Below are positions 36,034-46,042 of a stretch of DNA of 49,386 bases, in pieces (the stretch's first letter is position 1; each line of letters starts with the position of its first letter). The DNA lies in sequence record SRR31156797_898, one strand, 5' to 3'. Below the pieces are notes generated by a model, which worked only from the letters and a program-made list of their open reading frames with translations, was not told where the DNA came from and did no database searches. Both the position numbers and the translations under genes were made by a program.

Positions 36034-37775
36034 TCATGAAAGTATCAAACGTTAAGTTTCACAACGTTCAACAAGGAACGCCTGAGTGGCATGCTCTTCG
36101 TGACTCTGTTGATTTCACTGCTTCTGAAGTTTCTGCGGCTCTTGGGTGTTCACCATATAAAACACGCGATCAGCTGATGCATGAAAAAGCGACCGGAATT
36201 AAACCAGAAGTATCAAGTTATCAAGAAAAGATATTTGCTGATGGTCACCGCTTTGAAGAGTTTGCTCGAGCGATTCTAGAAAACCGCTTAGGTGAAGAAT
36301 TGTACCCAACGACTATCACTGGTGAATGTGGTGGACTTACCCTACTCGCTTCGCTTGATGGTTTAACCATGGATGGCGTTTTAGCTTTTGAGCACAAGTC
36401 ACCAAACAGCAAAGTTGTTGCTGCTATCCATGCTGAAAAACTCGATGACCATTACAACTACCAAATGGAGCAGCAACTTCTTCTATCTGGTGCGGCATCA
36501 TGTAAGTTCGTTGCTAGTGACGGCACAGAAGATAACTGGAACGAGCTTGAATACAAACCAAACAAAGCACTCATTAAGAAAATGCTTGCAGGTTTAAAAC
36601 AGTTCAAAGCCGACTTAGAAGAATACAAAACCAAGCTTGCTAATGGTGAAGTTTCTCAACAGTCTAAACCTGAAGTCGTTGCAGAAGTCATTCAAGACCT
36701 TCCTGCTATCAGCTACAAGATGAACGGCCTAGCGATTAACAGCAACCTCGAAGAGTACAAATCAAAAGCACTCGAATTGGTTGAGCAATCCAAGAAGAAG
36801 CTGGAAACAGATCAGGACTTTGCCAATGCTGAAAACATGGTCAAAGTATTTAAGTCTGCCGAGGATAAGCTAGGTTTAATGTCTCAGCAGGTACTTGGTG
36901 AAGTTGAAAGCATCGATAAGTTTGTCAAAGACCTTGGCTTTATCAGCGAGAACATTCGTCAAGCCCGTCTAGGTTTAGATAAGCAGGTGAAACTTCGCAA
37001 GGAAGAGATTAAAACCGAGATTGTTGTTGCGGCTAAGAACGAGCTCAATACTCTTATCAACGAAGCATCAACCAAGTACAACGTTAGATTCAATATCACT
37101 GCTGACTTTGCTGGTGCCATTAAAGGCAAACGCAACATCGAAAGCATGCGCAGCGCCATTAGTGAAGAGCTAGCGAACGCTAAGATCACCCTTTCTGAAC
37201 AAAAAGATATTGTTCAAACCAACCTAGACCACGTTAAACAGCATCAAGAGTATAAGTTCCTGTTTAATGACTGGTCGGTTATTGCTTTTAAACCTGCTGA
37301 TGATTTCCAGACTTTGGTTAAGCTTCGCATTTCTGAGCATAAAGAAGCTGAAGAGAAGCGACTAGAGCAAGAGCGTGAACGTATTCGCCAAGAAGAAGCC
37401 GACAAGGCCAAGCTTGAAGCAGAAGAAAAGACCAAGCTCGAAGAGGCTGAAAAGCTAGCCTGTAGCTCTAACGGATCAATTGCTGAAGCTCAAAGACTTG
37501 GCAAGGCAGAATCACAACTTACTCATGAAGTTGTTCAGCAATCTACCACTCAACCAAGCCGACTAGACCAAGCTCGTCAAGTAATGCAACAAGCAGAAAC
37601 GGCTCCAGTTGCTTCTGTTGAACGCGCAGAACGTTCAGACGAAATGATTAGCTTATCTGTGAAAGAGTACAACGAGCTAATGAGTAAAGCTAACTTACTC
37701 GAAGCCCTGTACGCAGCTGGCGTTGATAACTGGGATGGATACAGTGAAGCCATGGCAATGGTTTCTGCGGCATAA
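36030..37775 (+). CDS. YqaJ/lambda-Exo-type exonuclease with long coiled-coil extension
   Basis: QGTPEWHALR, TASE, GHRFE, ASLDG, FEHK and YQMEQQL motifs. Confidence 0.9.
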   Translation: MIMKVSNVKFHNVQQGTPEWHALRDSVDFTASEVSAALGCSPYKTRDQLMHEKATGIKPEVSSYQEKIFADGHRFEEFARAILENRLGEELYPTTITGECGGLTLLASLDGLTMDGVLAFEHKSPNSKVVAAIHAEKLDDHYNYQMEQQLLLSGAASCKFVASDGTEDNWNELEYKPNKALIKKMLAGLKQFKADLEEYKTKLANGEVSQQSKPEVVAEVIQDLPAISYKMNGLAINSNLEEYKSKALELVEQSKKKLETDQDFANAENMVKVFKSAEDKLGLMSQQVLGEVESIDKFVKDLGFISENIRQARLGLDKQVKLRKEEIKTEIVVAAKNELNTLINEASTKYNVRFNITADFAGAIKGKRNIESMRSAISEELANAKITLSEQKDIVQTNLDHVKQHQEYKFLFNDWSVIAFKPADDFQTLVKLRISEHKEAEEKRLEQERERIRQEEADKAKLEAEEKTKLEEAEKLACSSNGSIAEAQRLGKAESQLTHEVVQQSTTQPSRLDQARQVMQQAETAPVASVERAERSDEMISLSVKEYNELMSKANLLEALYAAGVDNWDGYSEAMAMVSAA

Positions 37776-37779
37776 CAAC

Positions 37780-37801
37780 AAGGAGCTTCGGCTCCTTTTT
37801 A
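37780..37801 (+). terminator. Intrinsic terminator
   Basis: aaggagc ttcg gctcctt tttt. Confidence 0.85.
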
Positions 37802-37813
37802 TAGGTAACGACC

Positions 37814-38068
37814 ATGATTCAAGGTGAATATTACTTACACGAAAACGGAAGCTTGATTTACAAGCCTCACGGTGGCGTTGAAGCAAATAGCACATTCGTT
37901 AAACGTGTGTGGGATGCAAGTCTGATCGGCAGAACTCCTCAAGAGTTCGTTAACTGGCTAAAAGAAGCATTCAATGCCGGTGCAAAGCGAAGTGAAGTTG
38001 AACGATGCGCCAATGCTAACAACCTTTCTCAATATGTTATTGATTGGGAAGAGCAAGTATTTAATTAA
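37814..38068 (+). CDS. Hypothetical protein
   Basis: Start preceded by AGGTAACGACC. Confidence 0.75.
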   Translation: MIQGEYYLHENGSLIYKPHGGVEANSTFVKRVWDASLIGRTPQEFVNWLKEAFNAGAKRSEVERCANANNLSQYVIDWEEQVFN

Positions 38069-38079
38069 GGTAACGACCA

Positions 38080-38643
38080 ATGAAAACAATCACATTCTAC
38101 GATACAGAAACAACCGGACTACCAAACTGGAAGGTTCCTAGCGACGACGTAAGCCAGCCGCATATCGTTCAGATAGGAGCGATCGTCTGCAATGCCGAAA
38201 CCCGTGAAATCATCAAAGAAATTGACGTAATGATTAAGCCTGATGGTTGGGAAATACCTGATGAAGTAGCAGCTATTCACGGTATTACTACAGCAATTGC
38301 ACTTGAGAAAGGCATACCTGAAACAGAAGCAATCAAAATGCTGCTTGATGAATGTTCCGGTGATCGCGTTGCTCACAACCGTACTTTCGACCAGCGCATT
38401 ATTCGCATTGGACTCAAGCGTTTCGGTTTCACCAATGAGTTAATGGATTCATGGGCTGAGAAAGATAACCATCACGACACCATGTTACTGGCTAAGCCAA
38501 TCATGAAGCTGGGGAAAAATCCGAAGCTAGAAGAGGCTTATGAGCATTTCACTAATAAGAAGTTAGAGAATTCTCATTCTGCTATATCTGATGCTCGTGC
38601 TTGCATGGAATTGTATTGGGCCATTCAGGATATGGAAGCCTAA
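38080..38643 (+). CDS. DEDDh 3'-5' exonuclease (DnaQ-like)
   Basis: YDTETTG, VAHNRTFD, HSAISD. Confidence 0.92.
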   Translation: MKTITFYDTETTGLPNWKVPSDDVSQPHIVQIGAIVCNAETREIIKEIDVMIKPDGWEIPDEVAAIHGITTAIALEKGIPETEAIKMLLDECSGDRVAHNRTFDQRIIRIGLKRFGFTNELMDSWAEKDNHHDTMLLAKPIMKLGKNPKLEEAYEHFTNKKLENSHSAISDARACMELYWAIQDMEA

Positions 38644-38645
38644 TT

Positions 38646-38864
38646 ATGAGTGATGAAGACATTATCACTAACTTGACTCGAAAGCTTGAGCAGGCAGAAG
38701 CGGATAAACAAGCTGCAATCGAATTGCACATTACCGCTTTTGCTAAAGAAATCTGGAGTGAACAGCTCAAGCATTACAAGTCGCAAAAAGTTATGCCTCT
38801 GACTATGGCTAATCAATACATCTTGAAAGTGAGTGGTAACCACCATGGACAAAAAGAAGATTAA
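38646..38864 (+). CDS. Hypothetical protein
   Basis: Start reassigned to MSDEDII just after the upstream stop. Confidence 0.55.
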   Translation: MSDEDIITNLTRKLEQAEADKQAAIELHITAFAKEIWSEQLKHYKSQKVMPLTMANQYILKVSGNHHGQKED

Positions 38865-39054
38865 CTTCTCTGCAGACAAAGTCATTGTTCACGGAGTTGA
38901 CGTGTCAGCAGAAGGCGTCCCAGTTCGTGACATTGTTGAGTCAATAAATGAATACGACGCCGCTGAGCATCTTGATAGCGACCTACTTCTTGGTGCTATT
39001 GGCGTAGACAAATCGATAGCTTGGTTAGAAAGCCAAGGCTACCAAGTTATATAA
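38845..39054 (+). CDS. Hypothetical protein
   Basis: Start reassigned using the GGTAACCACC-ATG motif variant. Confidence 0.7.
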   Translation: MDKKKINFSADKVIVHGVDVSAEGVPVRDIVESINEYDAAEHLDSDLLLGAIGVDKSIAWLESQGYQVI

Positions 39055-39077
39055 GGCGCATCGAGCGCCTTTCTTTT
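39053..39077 (+). terminator. Intrinsic terminator
   Basis: aaggcgc atcga gcgcctt tctttt. Confidence 0.8.
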
Positions 39078-39090
39078 GAAGGTAACGACC

Positions 39091-39324
39091 ATGAAAAACA
39101 AACTTTCTGATTTAAATAATCATTTGTTTGCTCAGCTTGAGCGACTTTGTGAAGAAGATTTAGTAGAAGATGAATCGAAACTAAAGCTAGAGCTGGAGCG
39201 AACAAAGGGTGTGAAATCCATTGCTCAGGAAATTATATCAAATGGTCGTTTAGCATTAGACGCTCAAACTGAACTTGGTGGTCGCATGGGAGGTAATAAG
39301 CCTGAAATGCTAGAGGTGAAGTAA
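39091..39324 (+). CDS. Conserved phage protein preceding HNH
   Basis: MKNKLSDLNNHLFAQLERL; GGTAACGACC-ATG start. Confidence 0.8.
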   Translation: MKNKLSDLNNHLFAQLERLCEEDLVEDESKLKLELERTKGVKSIAQEIISNGRLALDAQTELGGRMGGNKPEMLEVK

Positions 39325-40094
39325 TGAGATTCACCTATTCAAAAGAGCACTTAGCTTTTATAAAAAAAGCTTTCAAAAAAATGAGCGTTAAGGATTTAAC
39401 CGTTGCTTTTAACGCTAAGTTCAACCTGGATAAAACAGAGCAGCAAATCAGGTCAGCGATTAAGAACAACAAGTTTACATGCGGTAGAAAACAAGGTGAG
39501 TTGACCAAAGGTAAATATCGCGACTACACCGATGAGCAAGCGAAGTTTATAAAAGCTGGGTATAAAAAATGGGATATTGCTGAACTAACAGAAAGGTTTA
39601 ACGAAAAGTTTGGAACATCAAAGACGTTTAGCCAAATCCGTTGTTTTACTCGAAATCACGGTATTACATCGGGTAGAACGGGATTCTTTCCAAAAGGTCA
39701 TGTTCCTTTTAATGCCGGCACAAAAGGGATAATGAAGCCAAATAGCGGCTCGTTTAAGAAAGGGAATATTCCAGTAAATCATAAGCCAGTTGGTTCTGAG
39801 CGAGTTAACGTTGAAGGTTATATCGAGATAAAGATACTCGAGCCAAACGTATGGGACCTGAAACAAAGAGTAGTATACGAAAAGGAACATGGTCCAATAC
39901 CCGATGGTCACAATGTTCGCTTCCGTGACAACAACCGGCTTAACTGTTCACCAGACAATTTGTTTCTTGTTAATGGTCTAGAGAATGTCTTTCTTAACCG
40001 CCGCTACAAACTTACCGATCAACCAATGGAGCTAAAAGATACCTTTATTCTTTTAGCTCGCATCGATGCAAAGACAAAATCGTTAGATGCTTAA
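39324..40094 (+). CDS. HNH endonuclease-like protein with repeated N-terminal helical domains
   Basis: FKKGNIPVNHKPVGSER; HGPIPDGHNVRFRDNNRLNCSPDNL. Confidence 0.85.
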   Translation: MRFTYSKEHLAFIKKAFKKMSVKDLTVAFNAKFNLDKTEQQIRSAIKNNKFTCGRKQGELTKGKYRDYTDEQAKFIKAGYKKWDIAELTERFNEKFGTSKTFSQIRCFTRNHGITSGRTGFFPKGHVPFNAGTKGIMKPNSGSFKKGNIPVNHKPVGSERVNVEGYIEIKILEPNVWDLKQRVVYEKEHGPIPDGHNVRFRDNNRLNCSPDNLFLVNGLENVFLNRRYKLTDQPMELKDTFILLARIDAKTKSLDA

Positions 40095-40110
40095 ATAGGT
40101 AACGACCAAA

Positions 40111-41613
40111 ATGCTAAGACCAAATGAAATTGTTGTAGATAACTTCGCGGGTGGTGGCGGTGCATCAACTGGAATGGAGTTGGGCTTAAGCCGTCATGTT
40201 GATATTGCTATCAACCACGATCCAGACGCAATTGACATGCACAAGATGAATCATCCTGAGACGAAGCATTATTGTGAATCTGTATGGGATGTTGATCCGG
40301 TTAAAGCATGCGCTGGACGCCCTGTCGGATTAGCTTGGTTTTCTCCAGATTGTAAGCACTTTTCAAAAGCTAAAGGCAATCGACCTGTTGATAAAAATAT
40401 TCGCGGATTAGCATGGGTTGCTATACGTTGGGCTGCTCTTGTACCTGTTCGTGTTTTTATGTTGGAAAATGTCGAAGAGTTTCTTACATGGGGACCAGTG
40501 GTAGATACCGGAGATGGGAAATTCAAACCGCGCCCTGATCGCAAGGGTGAAACGTTTGATGCGTTCGTGAAAGTTCTTACTACTGGGTTAGAACCGAATC
40601 ACCCTGCTTGGAATGAAATCAAAGAAGCTCTTGGTGATGATTTCCCTTATGACAAGTTGGTCAAAGGGTTAGGTTATGACATTGACTACCGAGTGCTTCG
40701 CGCCTGTGATTACGGTGCACCAACTATTCGTAAACGTTTCTTCTTAGTCGCTCGTAATGACAAACAGCCAATCGCATGGCCAGAGCCTACTCATGGCGAA
40801 GGATTACTTCCTTATGTCACCGCGGCAGACATCATCGATTGGTCAATTCCGGTTAAATCTATCTTTGGGCGCAAGAAGCCATTGGTAGAAAACACCATGA
40901 AGCGAATAGCTAAAGGGTTAGAGAAATTTGTATTAAACAACGACAACCCTTTCATTGCTCCCAGTGAATGTACGGTTCCGTTTATTACTGAACATGCAAA
41001 TGCATCTAACCAGCGAAACATGCCAGCTGACGAACCATTGAGAACAATATGCGCTCAAGTGAAAGGCGGTCATTTTGCTCTTGTTACTGCATTTATCGCT
41101 CGTCATTTCACAGATGGTCCATCGGCATGCATAAACAAGCCACTACCAACAGTAACGACGGTTGATCACAATGCGTTAGTTACTAGCCATATGGTTAAAC
41201 TCCGTGGAACGAATATCGGTCATGGTACTGATGAACCTGTACACACCATTTCAGCCGGTGGCTTACATATTGGTGAAGTAAGAGCATTCCTATTGAAGTA
41301 CTACGGAACGAGCTTTGCTGAAGGTTGTGATACGCCAATAGGTACGGTGACAACCAAAGACCGATTTGGGCTTGTTACTGTGTACGGTGAACACTATCAA
41401 ATCGTAGATATTGGTATGCGAATGCTAGAGCCCCACGAACTGTTTGCAGGTCAAGGTTTTCCGTCTGACTACAAAATATCTCATCACAGCAGTGGTAAGA
41501 AACGATCTAAATCAAGCCAAGTTGCTCGATGCGGCAATGCTGTTTGTCCTCCTGTCGCACAAGCATTAGTTGAAGCAAACATTCAATCAGCACCAAAAAC
41601 AAAAGCGGCATAG
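40111..41613 (+). CDS. DNA cytosine-C5 methyltransferase
   Basis: FAGGGG, SPDCKHFS, ENV, RKRFF, GNAVCP motifs. Confidence 0.95.
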   Translation: MLRPNEIVVDNFAGGGGASTGMELGLSRHVDIAINHDPDAIDMHKMNHPETKHYCESVWDVDPVKACAGRPVGLAWFSPDCKHFSKAKGNRPVDKNIRGLAWVAIRWAALVPVRVFMLENVEEFLTWGPVVDTGDGKFKPRPDRKGETFDAFVKVLTTGLEPNHPAWNEIKEALGDDFPYDKLVKGLGYDIDYRVLRACDYGAPTIRKRFFLVARNDKQPIAWPEPTHGEGLLPYVTAADIIDWSIPVKSIFGRKKPLVENTMKRIAKGLEKFVLNNDNPFIAPSECTVPFITEHANASNQRNMPADEPLRTICAQVKGGHFALVTAFIARHFTDGPSACINKPLPTVTTVDHNALVTSHMVKLRGTNIGHGTDEPVHTISAGGLHIGEVRAFLLKYYGTSFAEGCDTPIGTVTTKDRFGLVTVYGEHYQIVDIGMRMLEPHELFAGQGFPSDYKISHHSSGKKRSKSSQVARCGNAVCPPVAQALVEANIQSAPKTKAA

Positions 41614-41623
41614 GAAACGACCA

Positions 41624-42274
41624 ATGAACCAATACGCTCGATCGCTGCTAGAAGTGCAGCAACAACCTTCCCATAAGCTGAAAGAAATTGGCGACCAATG
41701 GGAAACACCAAAGGCTCTCGCGTGGGGCCTTTTTAGTACCTTCAATTCACGCCTTGGCTCTATCGTTCTCGATATCTTTGCGGACGATTGCAATGCCCTG
41801 CTTCCGAATTACTACACCGCCAAAGATAACGCTCTGGTGCAAAACCTAGCAGCTGATTTGAAGAAGATTGGTGGAAGTGCTGCATTTGCGAATCCTCCCT
41901 ACTCTCGCCCATTCATTGACGATGAGCAGTACATCACAGGTATGACTCACATCATTGATTGGTGCCTAAAGCAGCGCGAACAAGGCGCAAAAATCATGCT
42001 TCTGATTAAAGCTGCTACTTCCGAAAAATGGTTTACGGACAAAGCCGACTTTATTCAGTACATAGAAGGTCGAATCGGGTTTGAGGCTCCTAGTTGGTAT
42101 AAGCCGGCAACGGATAGAGACAAACCAAGTTCTGCAGGCTTTGCATCTGCTGTGATGATTTTCGACAGTGAATGGCGATGGGAACGACGACCAGTAGAGC
42201 GATTGAGTCGTGATGACTTACTTGCTCAAGGCAACGTTATTTTGCAAATGATAGATAAGCAGGTGACGGCATGA
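41624..42274 (+). CDS. Phage N6-adenine methyltransferase (T1 Dam-like family)
   Basis: DQWETP, LDIFA, NPPYS, GRIGF; start reassigned by the GGAAACGACCA-ATG motif. Confidence 0.9.
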   Translation: MNQYARSLLEVQQQPSHKLKEIGDQWETPKALAWGLFSTFNSRLGSIVLDIFADDCNALLPNYYTAKDNALVQNLAADLKKIGGSAAFANPPYSRPFIDDEQYITGMTHIIDWCLKQREQGAKIMLLIKAATSEKWFTDKADFIQYIEGRIGFEAPSWYKPATDRDKPSSAGFASAVMIFDSEWRWERRPVERLSRDDLLAQGNVILQMIDKQVTA

Positions 42275-43103
42275 GCGATAAACTATTTACACCAGTATTA
42301 CGCTATCACGGTGGTAAGTTTCGACTAGCTAAATGGATAACTGGATTCTTCCCAGAACATCATTGCTATGTTGAACCTTTCTCCGGTGCAGCATCTGTTC
42401 TCCTTCAAAAAGAACGTTCTCATGGCGAAGTGTATAACGACCTTGATAGCGACATCGTAAATCTTTTCAAGGTGCTCCGTGACGAACAGCAATCTAAACG
42501 TTTGATAGAGCTCCTTCACCTAACTCCATACAGTAGAGAAGAGTTCTACCTGGCATATGAAAAAACCGAAGATGCTATCGAGAAAGCAAGAAGGACTGTT
42601 GTTCGGTCAGCTATGGGGTTTGGTTCCGGTGCCGCTACTTTTCACAAAACTGGTTTCCGTTGTGAAGCTAAGCGCCAGTACAACACAAGCGCTCATGTTT
42701 GGGAAAAATACCCAGATGTCATCCAGTACGTATGCCAACGTTTGAAAGGTGTGAACATCGAGAACCGACCTGCTATCGAGTGCATTAACTATCACGACTC
42801 TGAGCAAACCCTATCTATGTTGATCCGCCTTACGTCCCAGACTCACGAGACAGCCGATACGCTGGGTCAATTTACCAGCACGAAATGACCGAACAGGATC
42901 ATGAATCATTATTGAAATCGATTCTTGAGCTGAAAGGTATGGTCATCATTTCCGGTTATGACTCCGACTTGTATAACAACTATCTGGCCAGTTGGAGAAA
43001 AGAAGAAAAGAGCGCTCGTATTTCTGCTGGTCGTGGAACTGGCAAACGTATCGAGTGTTTATGGATTTCACCAAGTTGCGAACGTGAAACGGAGGCAGCA
43101 TGA
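42271..43103 (+). pseudogene. D12-class adenine methyltransferase with a 1-bp frameshift
   Basis: LRYHGGK and YVEPFSGAAS in the first ORF; YVDPPY at 42816-42833 is in the frame of ORF 42885..43103. Confidence 0.85.
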
Positions 43104-43780
43104 AAGCAGTACCTATGATCTTCAATACTGAGATGGTTCAAGCTCTGCTTGATGGGCGCAAAACTGTTACTCGCAGACCAGTGAATGAAGAATATTGCGA
43201 ATACATAAGAATTACTGGTTCAAGTGATGAAGCGTGCGAGAACCTAGAGTTCCTTGGTCTTATGTATGATCAATGGAAAGGCGATAACGATAAAATATGT
43301 GGTCCTGAGTACTTGGTCTATTGCACCGAGTATCCAGAAGATGGAGTTATCCCTATTGGACAAGGTCCAGCTCGTAAAGGCGATCTTATCTATGTCCGTG
43401 AAACGTTCAGACTATATAGCAATACTGATGAATGCGGATGTTCAGACCATTGCAGTTGCCCTCCGACAGGAACTCCGCTTTATTTCGCTACACATAATGA
43501 TGGAGAAAGTAAGTGGACTCCATCAATTCATATGCCACGTTCTGCAAGCCGGTTAACTCTGAAAGTCACTGATGTGCGTATCGAGAGAGTTAAAGATATT
43601 ACTCACGATCAAGTTAGGGCTGAAGGTTTTAACGATTGGACCGGATTTGCATTTACTTGGTCATCTATTTATCTGAAGCAAGGTCTTGGTTGGGATGATA
43701 ACCCTTACGTCTGGGTAATCGAGTTCGAAGTTATACATAAGAACGTTGATGAAGTTCTTCGTGAAATGGAGGCTGTATGA
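43100..43780 (+). CDS. ASCH/PUA-like phage protein
   Basis: PMIFNTEMVQALLDGRKTVTRR, VRETF, WTPSIHMPRSASR, NPYVWVIEF. Confidence 0.8.
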   Translation: MKAVPMIFNTEMVQALLDGRKTVTRRPVNEEYCEYIRITGSSDEACENLEFLGLMYDQWKGDNDKICGPEYLVYCTEYPEDGVIPIGQGPARKGDLIYVRETFRLYSNTDECGCSDHCSCPPTGTPLYFATHNDGESKWTPSIHMPRSASRLTLKVTDVRIERVKDITHDQVRAEGFNDWTGFAFTWSSIYLKQGLGWDDNPYVWVIEFEVIHKNVDEVLREMEAV

Positions 43781-44115
43781 GCAACACAGACCAAAAGCTG
43801 CGAGAACTCGCCAAACGGCATGCTGAAATATCATCAGAACTTTCTATTAATAACGATCAGAGAAGGAAGGAATTAGCCTACTGCAAAGGTGTCGAAAGCG
43901 ATGATGGTTATTACGAAACTTGTTACGGCATGGTTTACGACATGATGAAAGAAAGCATAGAGCAGCGAGAAGGAATCAGCTTTGATGAAATGCTTTCTAA
44001 TTACGGTTGCCGCCACTGCAATTCCGCTCGAATCCTAAAACACCACATCGGCAAGCTCAAACAAGAGCGCGGTCGCATCCATTCGGCAATTACTCAAATA
44101 GGTAAGACACTATGA
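43777..44115 (+). CDS. Hypothetical protein
   Basis: ATGA overlap; CxxC. Confidence 0.7.
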   Translation: MSNTDQKLRELAKRHAEISSELSINNDQRRKELAYCKGVESDDGYYETCYGMVYDMMKESIEQREGISFDEMLSNYGCRHCNSARILKHHIGKLKQERGRIHSAITQIGKTL

Positions 44116-44456
44116 ATGACCTAGAAAGAAAATTAAAAGCTTCTGCGGTTATGGAGTTTGTAGGCATGATCCGAGGTGCGTACGGCTCAGGCTTCATTGA
44201 TAACCATCCAACTAATTACGACATTTATCGCTCAGCTCAAACGCATGTTAAAGACCGTTACGGCGTAGAAACCGAGAACTGGGATGACGAACTAGCGAAG
44301 GAAAGCCGTGACGATAGCTTTGAAAATTCTGTTCAACAAATCAAGCAAGAGTTTCTAAATTCATGCTCAGTGTTAATGCGTCCGCATATCGAAGGTGTTT
44401 TCGCTGTAATCGAATCTCGCATAAAAAATAACGAACCAATATTGTCGGAGCAGTAA
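44112..44456 (+). CDS. Hypothetical protein
   Basis: ATGA overlap in the operon. Confidence 0.7.
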   Translation: MNDLERKLKASAVMEFVGMIRGAYGSGFIDNHPTNYDIYRSAQTHVKDRYGVETENWDDELAKESRDDSFENSVQQIKQEFLNSCSVLMRPHIEGVFAVIESRIKNNEPILSEQ

Positions 44457-44458
44457 TT

Positions 44459-44794
44459 ATGGCAACAGAACAAAAGCAACCACTAGCCGACATGCGCGGC
44501 TACAAGTCCCTTCATGAGTATGCGGTGATGCTAGAACGAGAAGTAAATCTCTTAAAAACTAAGCGCGATGAACAGCGTAGTTTCATGGAAGACATGGCTA
44601 ACGCAGCCGCTGAAAACGGGTACCAAGAGCATGCTAATACTATTCATGAAGTAATTAACCATCTAACTGATAACGGTTATCTGGATTGCGGAGATGAAGA
44701 AATTAAGCCTATGCAAGCAGTAAGTGAAGAGGCCGTTGGTTGGCTATTCGATAATCATCCAGAAATTTATGCGGGGTTCTATGAGCGAATGTAA
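44459..44794 (+). CDS. Hypothetical protein
   Basis: GGAG SD; operon packing. Confidence 0.7.
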   Translation: MATEQKQPLADMRGYKSLHEYAVMLEREVNLLKTKRDEQRSFMEDMANAAAENGYQEHANTIHEVINHLTDNGYLDCGDEEIKPMQAVSEEAVGWLFDNHPEIYAGFYERM

Positions 44795-45104
44795 CCCATA
44801 CAACACTATTGGTTATATGACTTGGATTGTTGAAAGTCCAAACAATGACCTTCCTTTTAACCCCAAACTTATTGCTGACGGAAAAGAAGTAAAAATTGTA
44901 GCTGCATCTGCGTACCACGAAAATCGAGTTAGCAAACGGCTATCTCATCTTCTAGCCAAGATATTATGGGATCATGATGATGCAATTGATGCCGAATACC
45001 TTAATAAAATCGGTTTTTCACACGAAGATGCATCTCAGTTATCTATGCAAATAGATGGACTAGAAAATATCAATGTTCCTATTGGGTGGGAAGATGACGA
45101 CTAA
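44781..45104 (+). CDS. Hypothetical protein
   Basis: Start reassigned to MSECNP. Confidence 0.6.
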   Translation: MSECNPYNTIGYMTWIVESPNNDLPFNPKLIADGKEVKIVAASAYHENRVSKRLSHLLAKILWDHDDAIDAEYLNKIGFSHEDASQLSMQIDGLENINVPIGWEDDD

Positions 45105-45270
45105 GCCAACCCACAGACCAAAAGGAAGTATGTGCGCTACTTGCAAAGGTCTTAACTCTCAATTCAAGCACGAATGCCCTTCCCCATCAGAATTCAAAAC
45201 CATGCATCAAATAGGAAAAGACAGCGACGGCGTGATAGTTGTTCGCTGTTCCAATTTTGAGCGCGTTTAA
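45094..45270 (+). CDS. Small Cys-rich hypothetical protein
   Basis: HRPKGSMCATC..C..VRCS. Confidence 0.6.
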   Translation: MTTKPTHRPKGSMCATCKGLNSQFKHECPSPSEFKTMHQIGKDSDGVIVVRCSNFERV

Positions 45271-45286
45271 TTAAAAGGTAATTGTT

Positions 45287-45961
45287 ATGAAAAGAAATCG
45301 ATTCTATAAAACATCAACCCATGGAGGAGTTGGAAGTAACGTTTCCTTTCATGGGATTAATGGTTCTGGATATGTCACAGATATCGATAAAGCCCATATT
45401 TATTCATTAGAAGAAGCTCAAAGTGAAGTAGATAAAGGCTGGATGCGTAATTATCCAGAGCAAGAATTGTTTTTGAGCGCGGATCATGTTGATGAATTGT
45501 CAGTGTGGAAGGTTGACTGTCAGTATGTTGATAAAACTTATCCAGAAATAAAAGATCCAAATAATGAATATGTGGCTTATAGAAAAGGTTGTTGGGATGG
45601 TAATGACTTAGGTTTCGCTTCCATATTGGCACATAACTACGATTATTCACAAGCTCGTATATTCACAGAAAAAGAAGTAAACAGTACTAATTTTGATGGA
45701 TGGGTTGTTGTGCCAAAATTCCACACTGATGAAATCGCAAGGCGCACATTTCAAAACAGAAATATTAACCGACGCAAAATGATAAGTTCTGCTGGAATAG
45801 TCGGTATTAGAAAAAAGAGAGAAAGTCAGAGTTCTGGCAAAACAAGATGGAATTGTCCGACATGTGGAAAGATAGTTTGGCAATATAACCCCCATGATTT
45901 TATGTCATGCTCTGATACAGAATGTAAAAGTTATGACGGATATTTGGCTGCATCCCTATAA
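45287..45961 (+). CDS. Hypothetical protein with C-terminal Zn-ribbon
   Basis: CPTCGK..CSDTEC; followed by a terminator. Confidence 0.75.
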   Translation: MKRNRFYKTSTHGGVGSNVSFHGINGSGYVTDIDKAHIYSLEEAQSEVDKGWMRNYPEQELFLSADHVDELSVWKVDCQYVDKTYPEIKDPNNEYVAYRKGCWDGNDLGFASILAHNYDYSQARIFTEKEVNSTNFDGWVVVPKFHTDEIARRTFQNRNINRRKMISSAGIVGIRKKRESQSSGKTRWNCPTCGKIVWQYNPHDFMSCSDTECKSYDGYLAASL

Positions 45962-45991
45962 GCACCATAAGTTATCCATTTAATTCTAATG

Positions 45992-46018
45992 AAAGCTCAT
46001 CACTAGATGGGCTTTTTT
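45992..46018 (+). terminator. Intrinsic terminator
   Basis: aaagctcatc acta gatgggcttt ttt. Confidence 0.8.
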
Positions 46019-46042
46019 AATACCTAAAGTAAGGTAACGACC

